Of a stretch of 20,000 nt of DNA, positions 1 through 11,676 are shown piece after piece. Numbering within the stretch: the stretch's first letter is position 1; every line of letters starts with the position of its first letter. Source of the stretch: Protoeuglena noctilucae (taxonomy: Eukaryota); NCBI GenBank assembly GCA_958009085.1, contig OY253681.1, forward strand, positions 976,344-996,343. Reading direction: 5' to 3'. The position numbers and the translations under genes are program-made. The notes below the pieces were generated by a model. That model saw only the letters and a list, made by a program, of their open reading frames with translations. It was not told the origin of the DNA and ran no database searches.

Positions 1-59
1 GCGCTCGATCCGCTCGCCAAGGCTCCAGGAATTGCCTTCTGCTACCATCGCGCCCGTCT

Positions 60-1390
60 ATGCCCATCGAGCGACGTCTCCTGCCCAACTCGAGCCCACA
101 CACGTCCCCGCAGACGACCCAAGGCACGCTGACGGGTTTCGTCACGCGAGCCGTCAAGAGACAGCGGTCGGGTGACGGAGATGACGGAGATGACGTTCCA
201 TCGTCTTCACCCAAATTAGCGCGGCCCAGCGCTTCCCAGGGGTCCGCGGAGGACGCGTCGCACGCTGGGCATGGCCCGGCCCGGCCTCGCTCTCTCGGGC
301 TTCTGCCGACCCCTGTTCGCGTGGTAGACGGAAAAGTGGCCCGTCTGTCGTCCCCCCGAGGCGCGGAATCCCTTGACGGCGACGTCCCAGCGGCCCCAGC
401 CATGCTTCCGATGCCAGCAGCAGAGGCGCCTCCGGCAGCGGGGCCCGGCCTGGCGGACCTGCTCACCGAGGCAAGGGCGCTGCAGATGGGGACGCACTGT
501 CGTACGCCCCCCGCCGCTGCCCGCGCCCCACGCACCCCTGCCGCCCTACCCCGCCCCAGCCCTCGTGGCGCGAGCGACTGCAGTCCGAGTTCGCCCAGCC
601 ATACTTCAGCCGCCTGGACGCCTTCTTGCGCACGGAGCCCCCTTCCAAGGTCTTCCCTCCCCGCCCCTCCGTCTTCCGCGCCTTCGAGGCCTGCCCCTTC
701 GACCGTGTGCGCGTGGTGCTGCTGGGCCAGGACCCGTACCACGCGCGGGGGCAGGCCGTGGGGCTGTGCTTCGCGGTGCCGCGGGGGGTCGCGATCCCGT
801 CGTCCCTCCAGAACATCTACAAGGAGATCCAGGCCGACGTGGGGTGCCCGCGGCCCCGGCACGGGGACTTGGGCAAGTGGGCCGCGCAGGGGGTCTTCCT
901 GCTCAACACGTCGCTGACGGTGCGCGAGGGGCAGGCCGGGTCCCATGCCAAGGTGCGTGGACACGCGTGGTCGCCCCGAACCCCACCGCCTGGCGGAGTC
1001 GGAGTCACGAACACCATGACTCCGCTCCTGCTTACCCCGCAGAGGGGCTGGGAGGAGTTCACCGACGCGGCCATCCGGGCCCTGAGTCAGCAGCGGTCGG
1101 GTCTCGTCTTCCTCCTCTGGGGCAAGCACGCCCAGGGGAAGCTCAAGCTCATCGGTGGGGGGCAGGCCGCGTTTTGAGAGCAGCTTGGTCGCTGAAGCCT
1201 CACGCCAAGGCGCCCACCCGACCCCTCCCCGCAACGCGCAGACCAGAGCCGCCACGTGGTCTTGCAGGCGGCGCACCCCTCCGGCTTATCCGCGCACAAG
1301 GGCTTCTTCGGCTGCCGCCACTTCAGCCGCACCAACGAGGCCCTGAAGCGCCAGGGCCTCCCCCCCATCGACTGGTGCCTCGACCCCTGA
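60..1390 (+). CDS. UNG: Uracil-DNA glycosylase, family 1; exons 60-470, 560-952, 1043-1154, 1242-1390
   Basis: The spliced product has [19 protein letters not shown], the catalytic [36 protein letters not shown], the HPSGLS loop and C-terminal PIDW. Intron 471-559 is GC-AG; 953-1042 and 1155-1241 are GT-AG; phases are consistent. Confidence 0.95.
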
Positions 1391-1485
1391 GTGCGCCGCT
1401 TCAACGCCCGAGCGGCACGCGCTGCGGGACTGCCAGTGCCGCGCCGCCCCCGCTAGGCCCGTCCGCGTTCGGCTGCCGCTCTCCC

Positions 1486-2800
1486 TCAGAGCGCCTTGAA
1501 GAACTCCTTCGAGTCCTTGGGCGTCGGCTTCATCGTCTTCTGGCCCGGCTGCCAGCTGGCGGGGCACACCTCGTCGGGGTTCTTCTGCACGTACTGGATG
1601 GCCTGCAGCGTGCGGAGGGTCTCCTCCACCGACCGCCCGAACGCCAGGTTGTTGACCGTGGCGTGCTGGATGACGCCCTCCTTGTCGATGATGAAGAGCC
1701 CGCGTAGCGCCACCGACTCGTCCGACAGCACGTTGTACGAGCGGCAGATCTCCTTGGTCAGGTCCGAGACGAGGGGGTAGGCCAGGTCACCCACGCCGCC
1801 CTCCTTGCGGTCCGTCTGGCACCACGCGAGGTGCGAGAACTGCGAGTCCACCGACACGCCCAGAATCTCCGTGTCTAACTCCTTGAACTTGGCTGCGGGC
1901 ACGGAGGTCGCGGAGGTGGGACGGGGTGCGGGCGAGGGTGCCCAGGTGCCGCCACTCCCAAAAGCGCCCCAGCGCGCGACGCACCGTAGCTGTCCGAGAA
2001 GGCCGTGAGCTCCGTGGGGCACACGAACGTGAAGTCCAGCGGGTAGAAGAGCAGGACCACGTACTTCTTCCCCTTGTAGTTGGACAGCTTCACCTCCATG
2101 AACTCCTGGTCGTACACGGCCTGGGCCTTGAAGTCGGGCGCGGGGCCGCCGACCAGGGGCTTCTGCGGCGGGGAGGGAGGGGCAGACGGGCGCGTGAGGA
2201 GGCCAGGCATCCGCGAGCGCGCGCAGGCCCTGCGCCACTACGGCCCGCTCCGGATAAAGACGGCTGCAGGGAGCCCCCCGCGACGCCATCGGCGGCCGAG
2301 CTGCGCGGCACCGGTTGGGAGCACGCATGCGCATCCGTCGCCGCGGGGATCACGACGACGGGCCTGCCCGCGGGTCGCGGGCGGGGCCAGCCCAGGCCAC
2401 CAACGGTGGGCCCGGGGTGACCTCGCGGGGCGGCCGATGCGGCGATGCCGGGGTCCGATTGTCAGAGTGATCCAGATGGAGCCAGGGACGAGGCTGGGAT
2501 GCGCGGAATATGCCCCGTCGACTCGCCCCGATCCCCAGACCCGAGCCAGGACGCCCCCCGCCGCGCACTCGCCTCGCAGTGCGCCTTCACGGCGACGGCA
2601 GACCTCTTGCAGACGGCCATCTTGGGCGCCGTGCGCACGGCGCGGCCGGCGAAGGACGACGCCCTGCGGAAGGGACGAGAAGGGCCCGGTTTTCCCGAGG
2701 AGGAGGATGCAAGGAGCGGGTGCACGGGCCAGACGCGACCTCATCTCGCGCCTCCGAGGCCGGCGCACCTGAGGGCGACGGGGGACGCGAGAGCGGCCAT
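1486..2800 (-). CDS. PRX1: Plastid-targeted typical 2-Cys peroxiredoxin, 235 aa; exons 2800-2769, 2663-2573, 2162-1985, 1892-1486
   Basis: Contains [13 protein letters not shown] (peroxidatic Cys), [18 protein letters not shown] and EVCPASW (resolving Cys). The N-terminus [52 protein letters not shown] resembles a chlorophyte transit peptide. Intron 2572-2163 is GC-AG (GAG|GCGAGT). Confidence 0.95.
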
Positions 2801-3178
2801 GGTGCGGGCGTTGGGGCGAACGGAGACCACGTCGAGCGCTATGCGGCAGCCGGGCCGTCTCACACGCAACGTATCTGGGAGGCTGGGAGGCGCGGGGTCC
2901 GCTCTCCGCTCGTTTGCAAAACGTCAGTCGCGCCGTGTCAGAGCCGAGCGGTGCAGCCCAGCTCGTTTCGATTCCCCCCCCGCGCGGGCCGACGCGCTCA
3001 GTCCCTTACCATTGGTATCGGTCCCCTCGGCGTGCCGCAGGGCTACCCCAGAGGCGTTAGGGGGTTTGGAGGTCGCCCGCCGCTGAGACCCTGCGACGAA
3101 ATGGTTCTGTTTAGGACGGGTTAGGAGGAGCAGGGGGACCCTGCAGCGAGCACTCGCTGTCAGGCAGGGGGGGAAGCC

Positions 3179-5261
3179 ATGGGGGCTTCGGGGAGGCGCA
3201 TGGGACTCTTCGACCGCCTGGCCATGTGCTGGCTGGGCCTCAGCGAGCGACAGCTGCACATGCTGGAGGTCCCGGGGCCCAAGGTGGGGTTACGTGCGGC
3301 GAGGGGGGATGCGAGCCCGGGCAGCGCTTGGGTCGCGAGCCACCTTCGGGCCTGATGCTATAGACGGTCGCTGCTATCGGCCGACGACGCTCGAATGCAA
3401 TTTCTGTACGCCTAGCGCGCTCTCGGTCGGCCCGGCCCACCCGCCGAACTCGGCCCCTTTTTTTAGGTGCGGCCGCCCCTGCGGCGCAGCCAGGCAGCGC
3501 ATCGGGCCCGCGCGTGGCTCAGGCATTTCCATACGATGCGTTTGATCGCTTGCGACGGGCGGTGCGGCCTTTCCCTCGCCCCCGGCGAGGCGGGCCATGT
3601 ACTGTCGGCCCCGACAGGAGCCGCTTCCTCGGATCGTGTGGAGGCCCTATAGCGTCGTGTCGTCGGTGTCGGTGTTTGGTGCCGTCGTCGATTGGTCCCT
3701 CCCCCTCGCGTCGCTGCAGGCCAGGGGGGTGCGGAGGTCGAAGCGGGAATACGACGAGATGATAAGCATGCTCACGCCGCTGGTGAGTCGTAGATGCCTA
3801 TGCGCTCCTCCCGCTCGCGTGGCGCCGGCCGGGCAGCGGCCACCGCCGGCATGTGGACCCGCACGCATGGCCGGCCTCGGCTGTGGGGTGCTCGGCCGCG
3901 CGCCCCTGGCACGGGACGCGGCCCGCTCGGCTTGCTGCCGGGAGTGATCCCGCGCGACCTCCTGGCCTCCCTCCGCCGCCGCGCAGCTCTCGGACTGGGG
4001 TTTTGATGTTTATGAGGTCATGCAGCACCCGCTCATACGCGGGCGGCCGCTCGCGCCGGTGGCGCTGACGGTGCTGCAGAACCACGACGTGCTGGATGGG
4101 TGGCGCGTGGATCGGGCGACGATGGAGCGGTACCTGGAGGCGGTCGAGGAGTGCTACCTGGCCAACCCGTACCACAACAACGTGCACGCGGCGGACGTGG
4201 TGCAGGCGAGCGCGAGCGCGGGGACAGAGGGCCTCGAGGCGGGGGCCGCCCCCGGGGCCGGCGCCTGGGCGTCTGTGCGTGTCTGGCGGGAGGCGTCGCT
4301 GCGCCACCCGTGCCCCCGCGCCGTCCCGCGTCCGCAGGCCGTGCACTGCATGCTGCTGATGGACCTGGGTCAGCACTTGACCAAAGAGGACAAGTTCTGC
4401 CTGGTCGTGGCGGCGGCCGTGCACGACGTGGGCCACCCCGGCTACACGAACGACTTTCACGTGCGGCGGAGGGACGAGGTGGCCTTCCTGTACAACGACG
4501 TGAGCTGCAACGAGAACCTGCACGCGCGCATCGCCTTCCAGGTCGCCGACAGCCCCGAGCGCGACATTTTCCGGGACCTGCGGGGGGACGACTTCCCCCG
4601 CGTGCGCCGCACCATCATCCAGTCCATCCTGGCCACGGACATGCAGCAGCACTTCCTGCTGCTCGAGCTCTTCGAGCGGGAGATGGAGAACTGCGGAACG
4701 GACCTGGCCGACTGGGAGGACAAGCAGCTGCTGATGAAGATGGCGCTTCACCTGGCGGACCTCAGCAACCCGGCGCGGCCCGTGCACCTGGCGCAGCGGT
4801 GGGGGTACAACGTGGTGACGGAGATGCTGCGGCAGGAGGACGTGGAGCGGTCGCTGGGCATGGCCGTGTCGCCCGTGTGCGACAAAGACAAGGTGCAGGT
4901 GGCCACGGCCCAGCTGCGGTTCATCTCCTACTTCCTCACACCCACGCTCGACGCGTGGCAGAGGGTCGCGCCGCGCTTCGGGGCCCTCGCCAAGCGCATG
5001 TGCGAGAGGACCACCGAGGCGTGGAAGGACAAGGAGCGGGCCGAGGCAAAGGTGGGGATGCGAGGGGGTGGGGGGGGGGGGGAGGGGGGCAGCGGCATGG
5101 GCATGGGCATGGGCATGGATGGGACATGACACGCGCGCCTGACGCTGCCCTGGGGCCTGACGAGTGCGCTTCCAACCCCCCTTGGCCCCCCGTCATTGCC
5201 GCAGAGCCCCAAGCCCGTGTCTCAGCCGGAGAAGGCGGGGAACGACGGGGCGACCGAGTGA
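3179..5261 (+). CDS. Class I 3',5'-cyclic nucleotide phosphodiesterase; likely exons 3179-3283, 3720-3782, 3987-4205, 4338-5051, 5205-5261 (stop at 5129 if the last intron is retained)
   Basis: Motifs WGFDV, YHNNVHAADVVQ|AVH, HDVGHPG, ENLH, ILATDM, ADLSNP and AQLRFI. Intron 4206-4337 is GC-AG. The first two exons and the last exon are inferred from splice signals and phase only. Confidence 0.88.
5070..5117 (+). repeat. G13 run plus (GGCATG)x4 microsatellite, probably inside the last PDE intron
   Basis: G run at 5070-5082; GGCATG repeated at 5094-5117. Confidence 0.8.
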
Positions 5262-5673
5262 TGCGGCCCCTTTGGCCACCCGCGCCCTGTTCCCCTACCA
5301 GCCACTCCCCCCTTGCCCCGCCTGCCCCGCCCTCGCTGCGTGCTTGCAGGGCCGGAGCCGCCGGCCCCCGCAACTCCTGGCGGACCCCGTTCTGATTTGT
5401 CAGGTGCAGTTGTCAGTCGAGTAGTGCGATGTGTTGCCGTGATTTGAGCCTTTGCTTGCGTCCCCATGCTTCGCCGGACCCCCGGCTGGGTTGCGCAATT
5501 TTCGTCCATCGCGCCTTCGGGGCAACGAAGGAAGACAGCAGGCAACTGATTGTCAGCTCGCGTAGCCCCTAAGGATGCGTTGACGCAGAGCTCTCCTCTC
5601 TCCTACCAGGGCGATGAGATGACTGCCCGCCACTTTGTTTGAACACTCCACGTGACGTGCGGGTGCCCTGGAC

Positions 5674-8029
5674 TCAGACGCGCAGCCCAGCATCAGACAG
5701 CCGCCGCAAGAGCTGCGCGCGGTACTCGGCCGGGCCAGGCAGGGACCCGCGCATCTGCTCCCCGCGCACGATGGCCGACGCCCAGGCCCTCTCCGCCGCC
5801 TCGCATGCTGACCGCAGGTCCCGGCCGCTCAGACCCTGCGGGCGGGGGTGCGCCGCGCGTCGCGCCGCTCCCGGGTGCGCGTCCCCGCGACGCTCGCCGC
5901 GGGGTGCGCGTCCGGTCACCTGGCACAGTCCCGCCAGCTCTGCCGTGGCCTCCCCTGGCAGCTGCCGGGCGTACTCCGCAAGGATGGCGGCACGCTCGGC
6001 GCGGTCGGGGAGGCCAAAGGTGACGGTAAGCCCGAACCGGGAGAGCAGCGCGGGGTCCAGGTCCGCCTTCCTGGGTGGGGGAGGAGAGAGGGGGGGTCAG
6101 AGAGAAGAGGGAGTCCACAGCCAAGCGCCGTGCTGCTGCCCTCGGCACTGCTGTCCCTCACCGGTTGGTGGCCGCGAGGACCACGACCCCCGGGGCGGAT
6201 GAGAACCCATCAATCTGCCGCAGCAGCACCCCCAGCAGCCGCCGCGTGGCCTCGTTCATGTCCGCGGCACGCGTGGCGGCCAAGCTGTCGACCTCGTCCA
6301 GAAAGACGATGCACTTGCCCAGGGACCGGGCGCCGTGGAACACCCTCGCGAGGTGCTTCTCGCTCTGACCGTACCACTTGCTGGCCACCGCCTCGACGGG
6401 GACGTGCACGAGGGGGGCGCCGGCCTCGGACGCTGCGGGGGGGACACCACGCACCGGATGAAGGGTGCAGGCGCGGGCGAGACTGCGATATGCTGCATCG
6501 ACGGCCCATCACCGATGACGCGCGCCATCATGGTCTTGCCGCAGCCGGGGGGGCCCTCGAACAGCACCGCGCGTGGGACGTGGGACCCTGCCGCCGTTTG
6601 CTGCCGCGTTCCCCGCATCACCTCCTCGTACACGTCCCCATGCCTGGCAGATTGGGCGGGGCGCGGTGAGACACGAGACGGCCATAGCATGGCCACCCAC
6701 CACGCCACCCCATGCCACCCGCTGCCTCGCCTCAGCGCCATGAGCACCGTCTCCTCCACCGCCCGCTTCTGCCTCTCGTAGCCCTGCATGCCCCCCCACG
6801 CCGGGCCGTCCCCCTTGCCCGGCATCACCACCTCCATCCCCATGCCCCGCAGCTCCTCCACCACCGACTCTGCGTCGGCGTGGGTGCCCGCCCGCCCCTC
6901 GCCATCCGCCCCCTCCACCTCCCGCCGCTCCCCGCCCGGCAGCCCCAGCCAGCCGCCCCGCGACAGCTCCCCCAGGCCAGGCACCCCGCCCCCCAGCATC
7001 CAGTCCCTCAGCATCTCAAACTCATCCTCCAGCGACCCCCCCGGCTGCTCTAGCCCTGCCGCCGCCGCCAGCACGCTCTGCAGCGCCTCCACCAGGGGAG
7101 GGGACTCGCACTGCGCGCAATGCGGGCTGGTCAGGGTGCGCAACTGGCCAGGCCAGACGGCAGCGCATGCCACGTGCGACCTGGCCCTCGCCTGACTCGT
7201 AGGCACCGTCATCTCCACCCACAGTGCGCCCCCGTCCCCCCGACGCACGCGACCCCGCAGCAGCGGCGCCCCGCCCTGCAGCGGCCCCGACTGCACCTCC
7301 ACGTCGCCCCGCGCGTCGACCGTCTCGACGCAGCTGCCCGTGACAGCGCGCCCCGCCCAGCAGAGGGCGCGGGCCACGGCGCGGCGGGCGTCGCGGGCTT
7401 GCGCCACCTCGCAGCGCACCACCAGCGCGGCGGCATCGGTGGGGGACCGTGACACTGACAGCGACGCAGCGAGGGAGGGCGAGGGGGGGCCTGCAGGGGG
7501 TGACGGGACGAGATCACGTCAGCGCAGACCATCGCCTGCTACAAGCTGCTCTGGGTGGGCGGCCCTCGGGGCAGCCGCGCGCCTGCGTCTGGGCCTGGCA
7601 GGGCGCCCTGCGCTCGCCGCCGGTCGAAGCTCCTGCCGGCGTCCTCCAGCGCGTCTGCCCAGAAGACTGACAGGGCTTGGCGCAGCGACGTCACGGCATC
7701 GTCAGCTCCTTCGTCCGACTGTGGAAGGGGTGAAGCAGACATGAAGGTCGACTGCTATCCAGCTGAAGCCGGGTATCCTGGTTATGTGCCGCTCTGCAGC
7801 CTCGTACCTTGGCGAGGGCAGGGGAGAGGGCTGCTCCCCACAGCAGCGCCAGCAGCGCCCCCGGGAGCCGCACATCGTCCCGTGTGGGCGCCGGGGGCGG
7901 GTGGGCAATCGAACCGCTGGTTCTCTGTCCCATGTTCACAACCCCCTGTTCCTCCCGGGCGACGAGTCGCACAGCCGCGGCGACGGCTCGGACAACGCGC
8001 GCGAGGGGTGCCCTCCGGAGGGAGGCCAT
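5674..8029 (-). CDS. Single-module AAA+ ATPase with N-terminal extension, probably organelle-targeted; exons include 8029-7808, 7718-~7580, 7490-7192, 7110-6731, 6643-6513, 6432-6162, 6070-5920, 5835-5674
   Basis: Walker A GPPGCGKT, pore loop SKWYGQSE, Walker B VFLDEVD, sensor/SRH LAATNR|KADLDPALLSRF, and GLSGRDLR. The Arg-rich N-terminus MASLRRAPLARVVRAV is presequence-like. Introns 6730-6644 and 7191-7111 are GC-AG. The donor near 7580-7615 is unresolved. Confidence 0.88.
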
Positions 8030-8402
8030 CCGTGCCGCTGTGAGACGCCGATGTCACAGGGGAAGCGCAGATTCCATGCAAGCTCAATTTTCGCAATACG
8101 AGTTCAATGGGCGCATCACAAGTTGCCAACGGGCGTCCCGTCGCCAGTGCCCCGGTGCTGGAACGTGGTGGAGCAGCCACACGGTTCGTGGATGCGATCG
8201 CATCCTTGGCCTCGATGTCTGCGTGGCCCGTGTGGCCGCAAGTGCTAGATTTTGCAACCCGCGCTCGCGCATGGCCGCGTGCTTCCGCGACCGACGCTCC
8301 GCCCTCTCGCGCCGCGCCGCGCGTCCCATGAGTGCCTGCTGACGCTCCCGATTGCATTGTGATCGCGTCGCAGCTGGGCATTTCTCAAGATCGGTCGCGG
8401 CC
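8030..8402. promoter_or_regulatory. Putative bidirectional promoter region between the AAA+ ATPase and uL3m
   Basis: Divergent start codons are 373 nt apart and GC content is lower. No specific motif was identified. Confidence 0.45.
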
Positions 8403-10280
8403 ATGGCGCGGCGACTGGTGGCTGGGGCGCTCGCCCGCATCGCCCAGGGTGCGCTCGCGAGCACCTCGGCCGAAGCAGGCGTTTGCCAGAGCTCGTACAT
8501 GAGGAACGGGAGCCAGAGGCTGGCTTTCCATCACGAAAGGTAATTGCGCTGGCATGCACGACCTGTGCGGACGAAGACGCCTGATGCTCATCGCGCCCCG
8601 CTTTCCCAGAGCCTTCTGATGCACGTTGCGTGAACACTTCCGAGGCATAGATATGCTGAAGAGCTTTTTTCGAGACGAAAGCCTCGCCGCGCGCCTTTGC
8701 CTTCCCGCGCAGGGCCGCGCTTTGGGCGCGCGATCTCCCCGGCGCAGGCTCGCCCTGGCCGATCGGGGCCCTCTTTTCGTCTTTCCGGAGATCGCTGGCG
8801 TCGGCGGCTGGGAGCGAGGCCTCGGTTCAACCCCAGGGCGCTGCGGTCGACAAGGCCGGAGGGTCTGCCGTGCCGCAGGGCGGCCGGACGAAGGGCAAGC
8901 GCGCACCCGCGGCCGTCAAGATATGGGCACCGCATAAAGACGCAGCCAGCTTCTTTGGGGCGGGCGAGGTGAGCTCCTGCGCGTGAACCCCAGCAGTCCC
9001 TCGGCGTGTCTCCCACCACCCTGACTTGTGTGGCTTGTTCTGTCTCTCCTTCAGGCATCTCAGCGACAGGGACGGAGAGGCAAGCGGAAAGGGACCGAGA
9101 CGCGGCGCGCATGGCGTGCGGTGGTGCCCTCGGTGATGGCCGACGTGCCCCCGCTGCCGCCCACGCCGCTCGAGGCGCCTCGCGACAGCCGGCGCGCCGG
9201 GCTCGTGGGGGTCAAGGTGCGCGTGGCGACGTGGACTCCCCGCTCGGCACCTGGGGTCCCCGCTGCTCCCTGTGGCTGCCCCGACGCGCTGCATCATGCG
9301 TCATGCCATGCCCCTCGCGCTCGCAGTGCGGCATGACCATGGAGTGGGACTCGGACGGGCGCATGGTGCCCCTGACGGTGCTCTGGTTCGATGGGTGCCA
9401 GGTGGTGCAGGTCCGCACCCCCTCCCGCGACGGCTACGCGGCCGTCCAGGTCGGGGCGGGGGCCAAGCGCACACGCCGCATGCGCCGGGCGCTGCTGCAC
9501 CACTTCCGGGCACACGGGGTGCCGCCCAAGGCGCGCCTCAAGGAATTCCGCGTCACGCCGGTGAGTCCGGGGAAGCTGAGGGGGGAAGCTGAGAGGAGCC
9601 TGAGGGGCGTGGACCATGCAGTCCCAGGCATCGCACGCCTGGGCATGCGGGGAGCACCGCGGGCGTGCCGTGCGAGTCGGCAAGACCCTTCTGCCTTCGC
9701 AGGATGCGCTCCTGCCCCCGGGGACGCCCCTCTCCGCGGCCCACTTCCGCGCCGGGCAGTACGTGGCGGTGCAGGGCACGACAATCGGGAAGGGGTTCCA
9801 GGGGGCGATGAAGCGCCACGGGTTCAAGGGCCTGCCCGCATCGCACGGCGTGTCGGCCGCGCACCGCAGCATCGGGTCCACCGGGCAGCGCAAGGACCCC
9901 TCGCGCACCTTCCCCGGCAAGCGCATGCCGGGGCGCATGGGCGGAGACACGCGCACGGGTGAGCGGGGGCACGCTTGGGCGCCCATTCACGCTCGCACCC
10001 GCGCCCGCACCCCGCCGACGCGCCCTCTCCGCCCTTGCCCCCAGTGTTTGGCGTGTGGGTGTACCGCGTGGACCCCGCGCGCAACCTGCTGTGGGTGCGC
10101 GGCCAGGTGCCCGGCCACGCCGGCAACTGGGTGTACGTGCGCGACGACGTGCGGCGCCTCAGCCGCGGGGAGGCGGCCATGCAGGGGCTGCCATTCCCCA
10201 CCCACGTGGGCGCCCTGCCGCCCCCGGCCACGGCCGCGCCCGACAAGCCCCGCAGGCCCGGGGAGCCCATGTCGCTGTAG
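8403..10280 (+). CDS. MRPL3: Mitochondrial ribosomal protein L3 (uL3m); exons 8403-8539, 8713-8968, 9055-9216, 9327-9560, 9703-9958, 10045-10280
   Basis: Motifs [66 protein letters not shown] and [11 protein letters not shown]. The N-terminus [14 protein letters not shown] is presequence-like. All five introns are GT-AG and phase-consistent. Confidence 0.92.
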
Positions 10281-10299
10281 CGAGGCGCGTGCCCGGCCC

Positions 10300-11477
10300 T
10301 CACTGCCGCGGCCCCCAGGGCTCTCCCCACTCCCCCTGCTCGTGCCTGTCCTCCCCTTGCCTGCGCCGGTGCTTCCTGCGCCCGCGCTCCTCGCCCTGCC
10401 TGCCCTGCCTGCCCCCCTCGCTTGAACACGGCGCCTCATCCGCCAGTGGCCATCCTGTGGGCAACACAAGGGAAGGAGCAGGGCTCTGCAGCCCCGCAGA
10501 GGGCCGGGAGCCCAGCGCGCCCCGTGCCAGCCCCGCTCCCGCCTGCTCGCCTCCCGTGCGACTCCCCGCGTCCCTCTTCACCCTTTCCCGCTCCTCCTCC
10601 TCCCCCACCCCCACTCCCACCACCCCCGCCCCCTCCTCTGTGGACTCGTAAGGCACCGAGTCCCGGTGCAGGTGCACGATGCGCCACCCGCCCCTGTCCC
10701 CCGCGCCCACCCCGCTCCGCAGCACTGCCGTGTAGTATGCCATCTCGTCCACGGGCGCCCCTTGCCCGTCTTCGTACTGCTCCCGCACCAACGCCGTGGC
10801 CCACGCCAGGTCGCCCGCGCGGGCCACCTCGACGCGCGGGGGGTGGACCTGGCGAGGGCAATGCCACGCGGGCAGTGACAGGTGATCTCAGTGCAGCCCG
10901 CGGGGGAGGACCGCGCCAGGCCCCCCACTCTCACCAGGGAGCCCGCGAAGGGGCCCCGCACGAAGCCCTCGACCTCGTCCATGAAGAGCCAGAATCCCAG
11001 GGTCTGACCACGCCTGCGGATCGTGACCCCGTGGTCCAAGTACCGCCCCAGCCACTCGGGGTGCGAGAATGGGCTGCTGGCCCAGCCTCGGTCGTCGGGG
11101 CAGGGGGCGTGCGCGCTGAAGAACTGGCCCAGGAGGTCTCTGACCACGTCTCGTGCATGGGCGTCAGGGACGGCTCGGATTGGCCCTGATTTGTGGCGCC
11201 GACGGACGCGCTGCGATGGGGGAAGGTACGCATCACGATCACCATGCTCGACATCAACAGAAACGATGCGAGTTGCGAGTCTCCGATGCCTAGACCGCAC
11301 GTATATGGAGGCACTTACGGTCGTGGGGCGAGCGTGGTGTGAAAGGGTGGACGCAGGCGCGGGGAAGATCCCCCCGCCTGGTCTTGGCCCGGAGATGCAA
11401 GGGACTGGAACGACCATGACACCCGCGTCGTTCACCCAATAGTCGGCATCCAGTGCCCGCACAGATGAGGCATTCAT
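10300..11477 (-). CDS. NTF2/SnoaL-like fold protein with a low-complexity charged C-terminal tail; likely exons 11477-11319, 11210-10935, 10848-10300
   Basis: [18 protein letters not shown]...YTAVLR...[11 protein letters not shown] matches the SnoaL/DUF4440-type C-terminal strand pattern. Donors GTAAGT (11318) and GTGAGA (10934) have phase-0 acceptors. The start codon and 3' end are uncertain. Confidence 0.6.
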
Positions 11478-11676
11478 GGGCAATCTCAGCGCCTAGAACA
11501 GCCCTGTCTGACTTCTGAGGGCTGGCATATGGACCGCCAGGCCATCTTGCGTGCCTGAAACTCGAAGATTGGTCTTCAAGCGATGCCGGACACGCAATCG
11601 TGATGCATGCAGAGAGACTGTCGTTGTACGGGGAGGGGATCCTTAGGCTCCATTGTTAGGCCGTTCCCGTGGCTCC

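Noticed and set aside
5052..5129. Gly/Met-repeat C-terminal tail on the PDE
   Set aside because: It more likely lies in intron 5052-5204 (AAG|GTGGGG, CTGAC branch-like site, GCAG acceptor, in-frame last exon).
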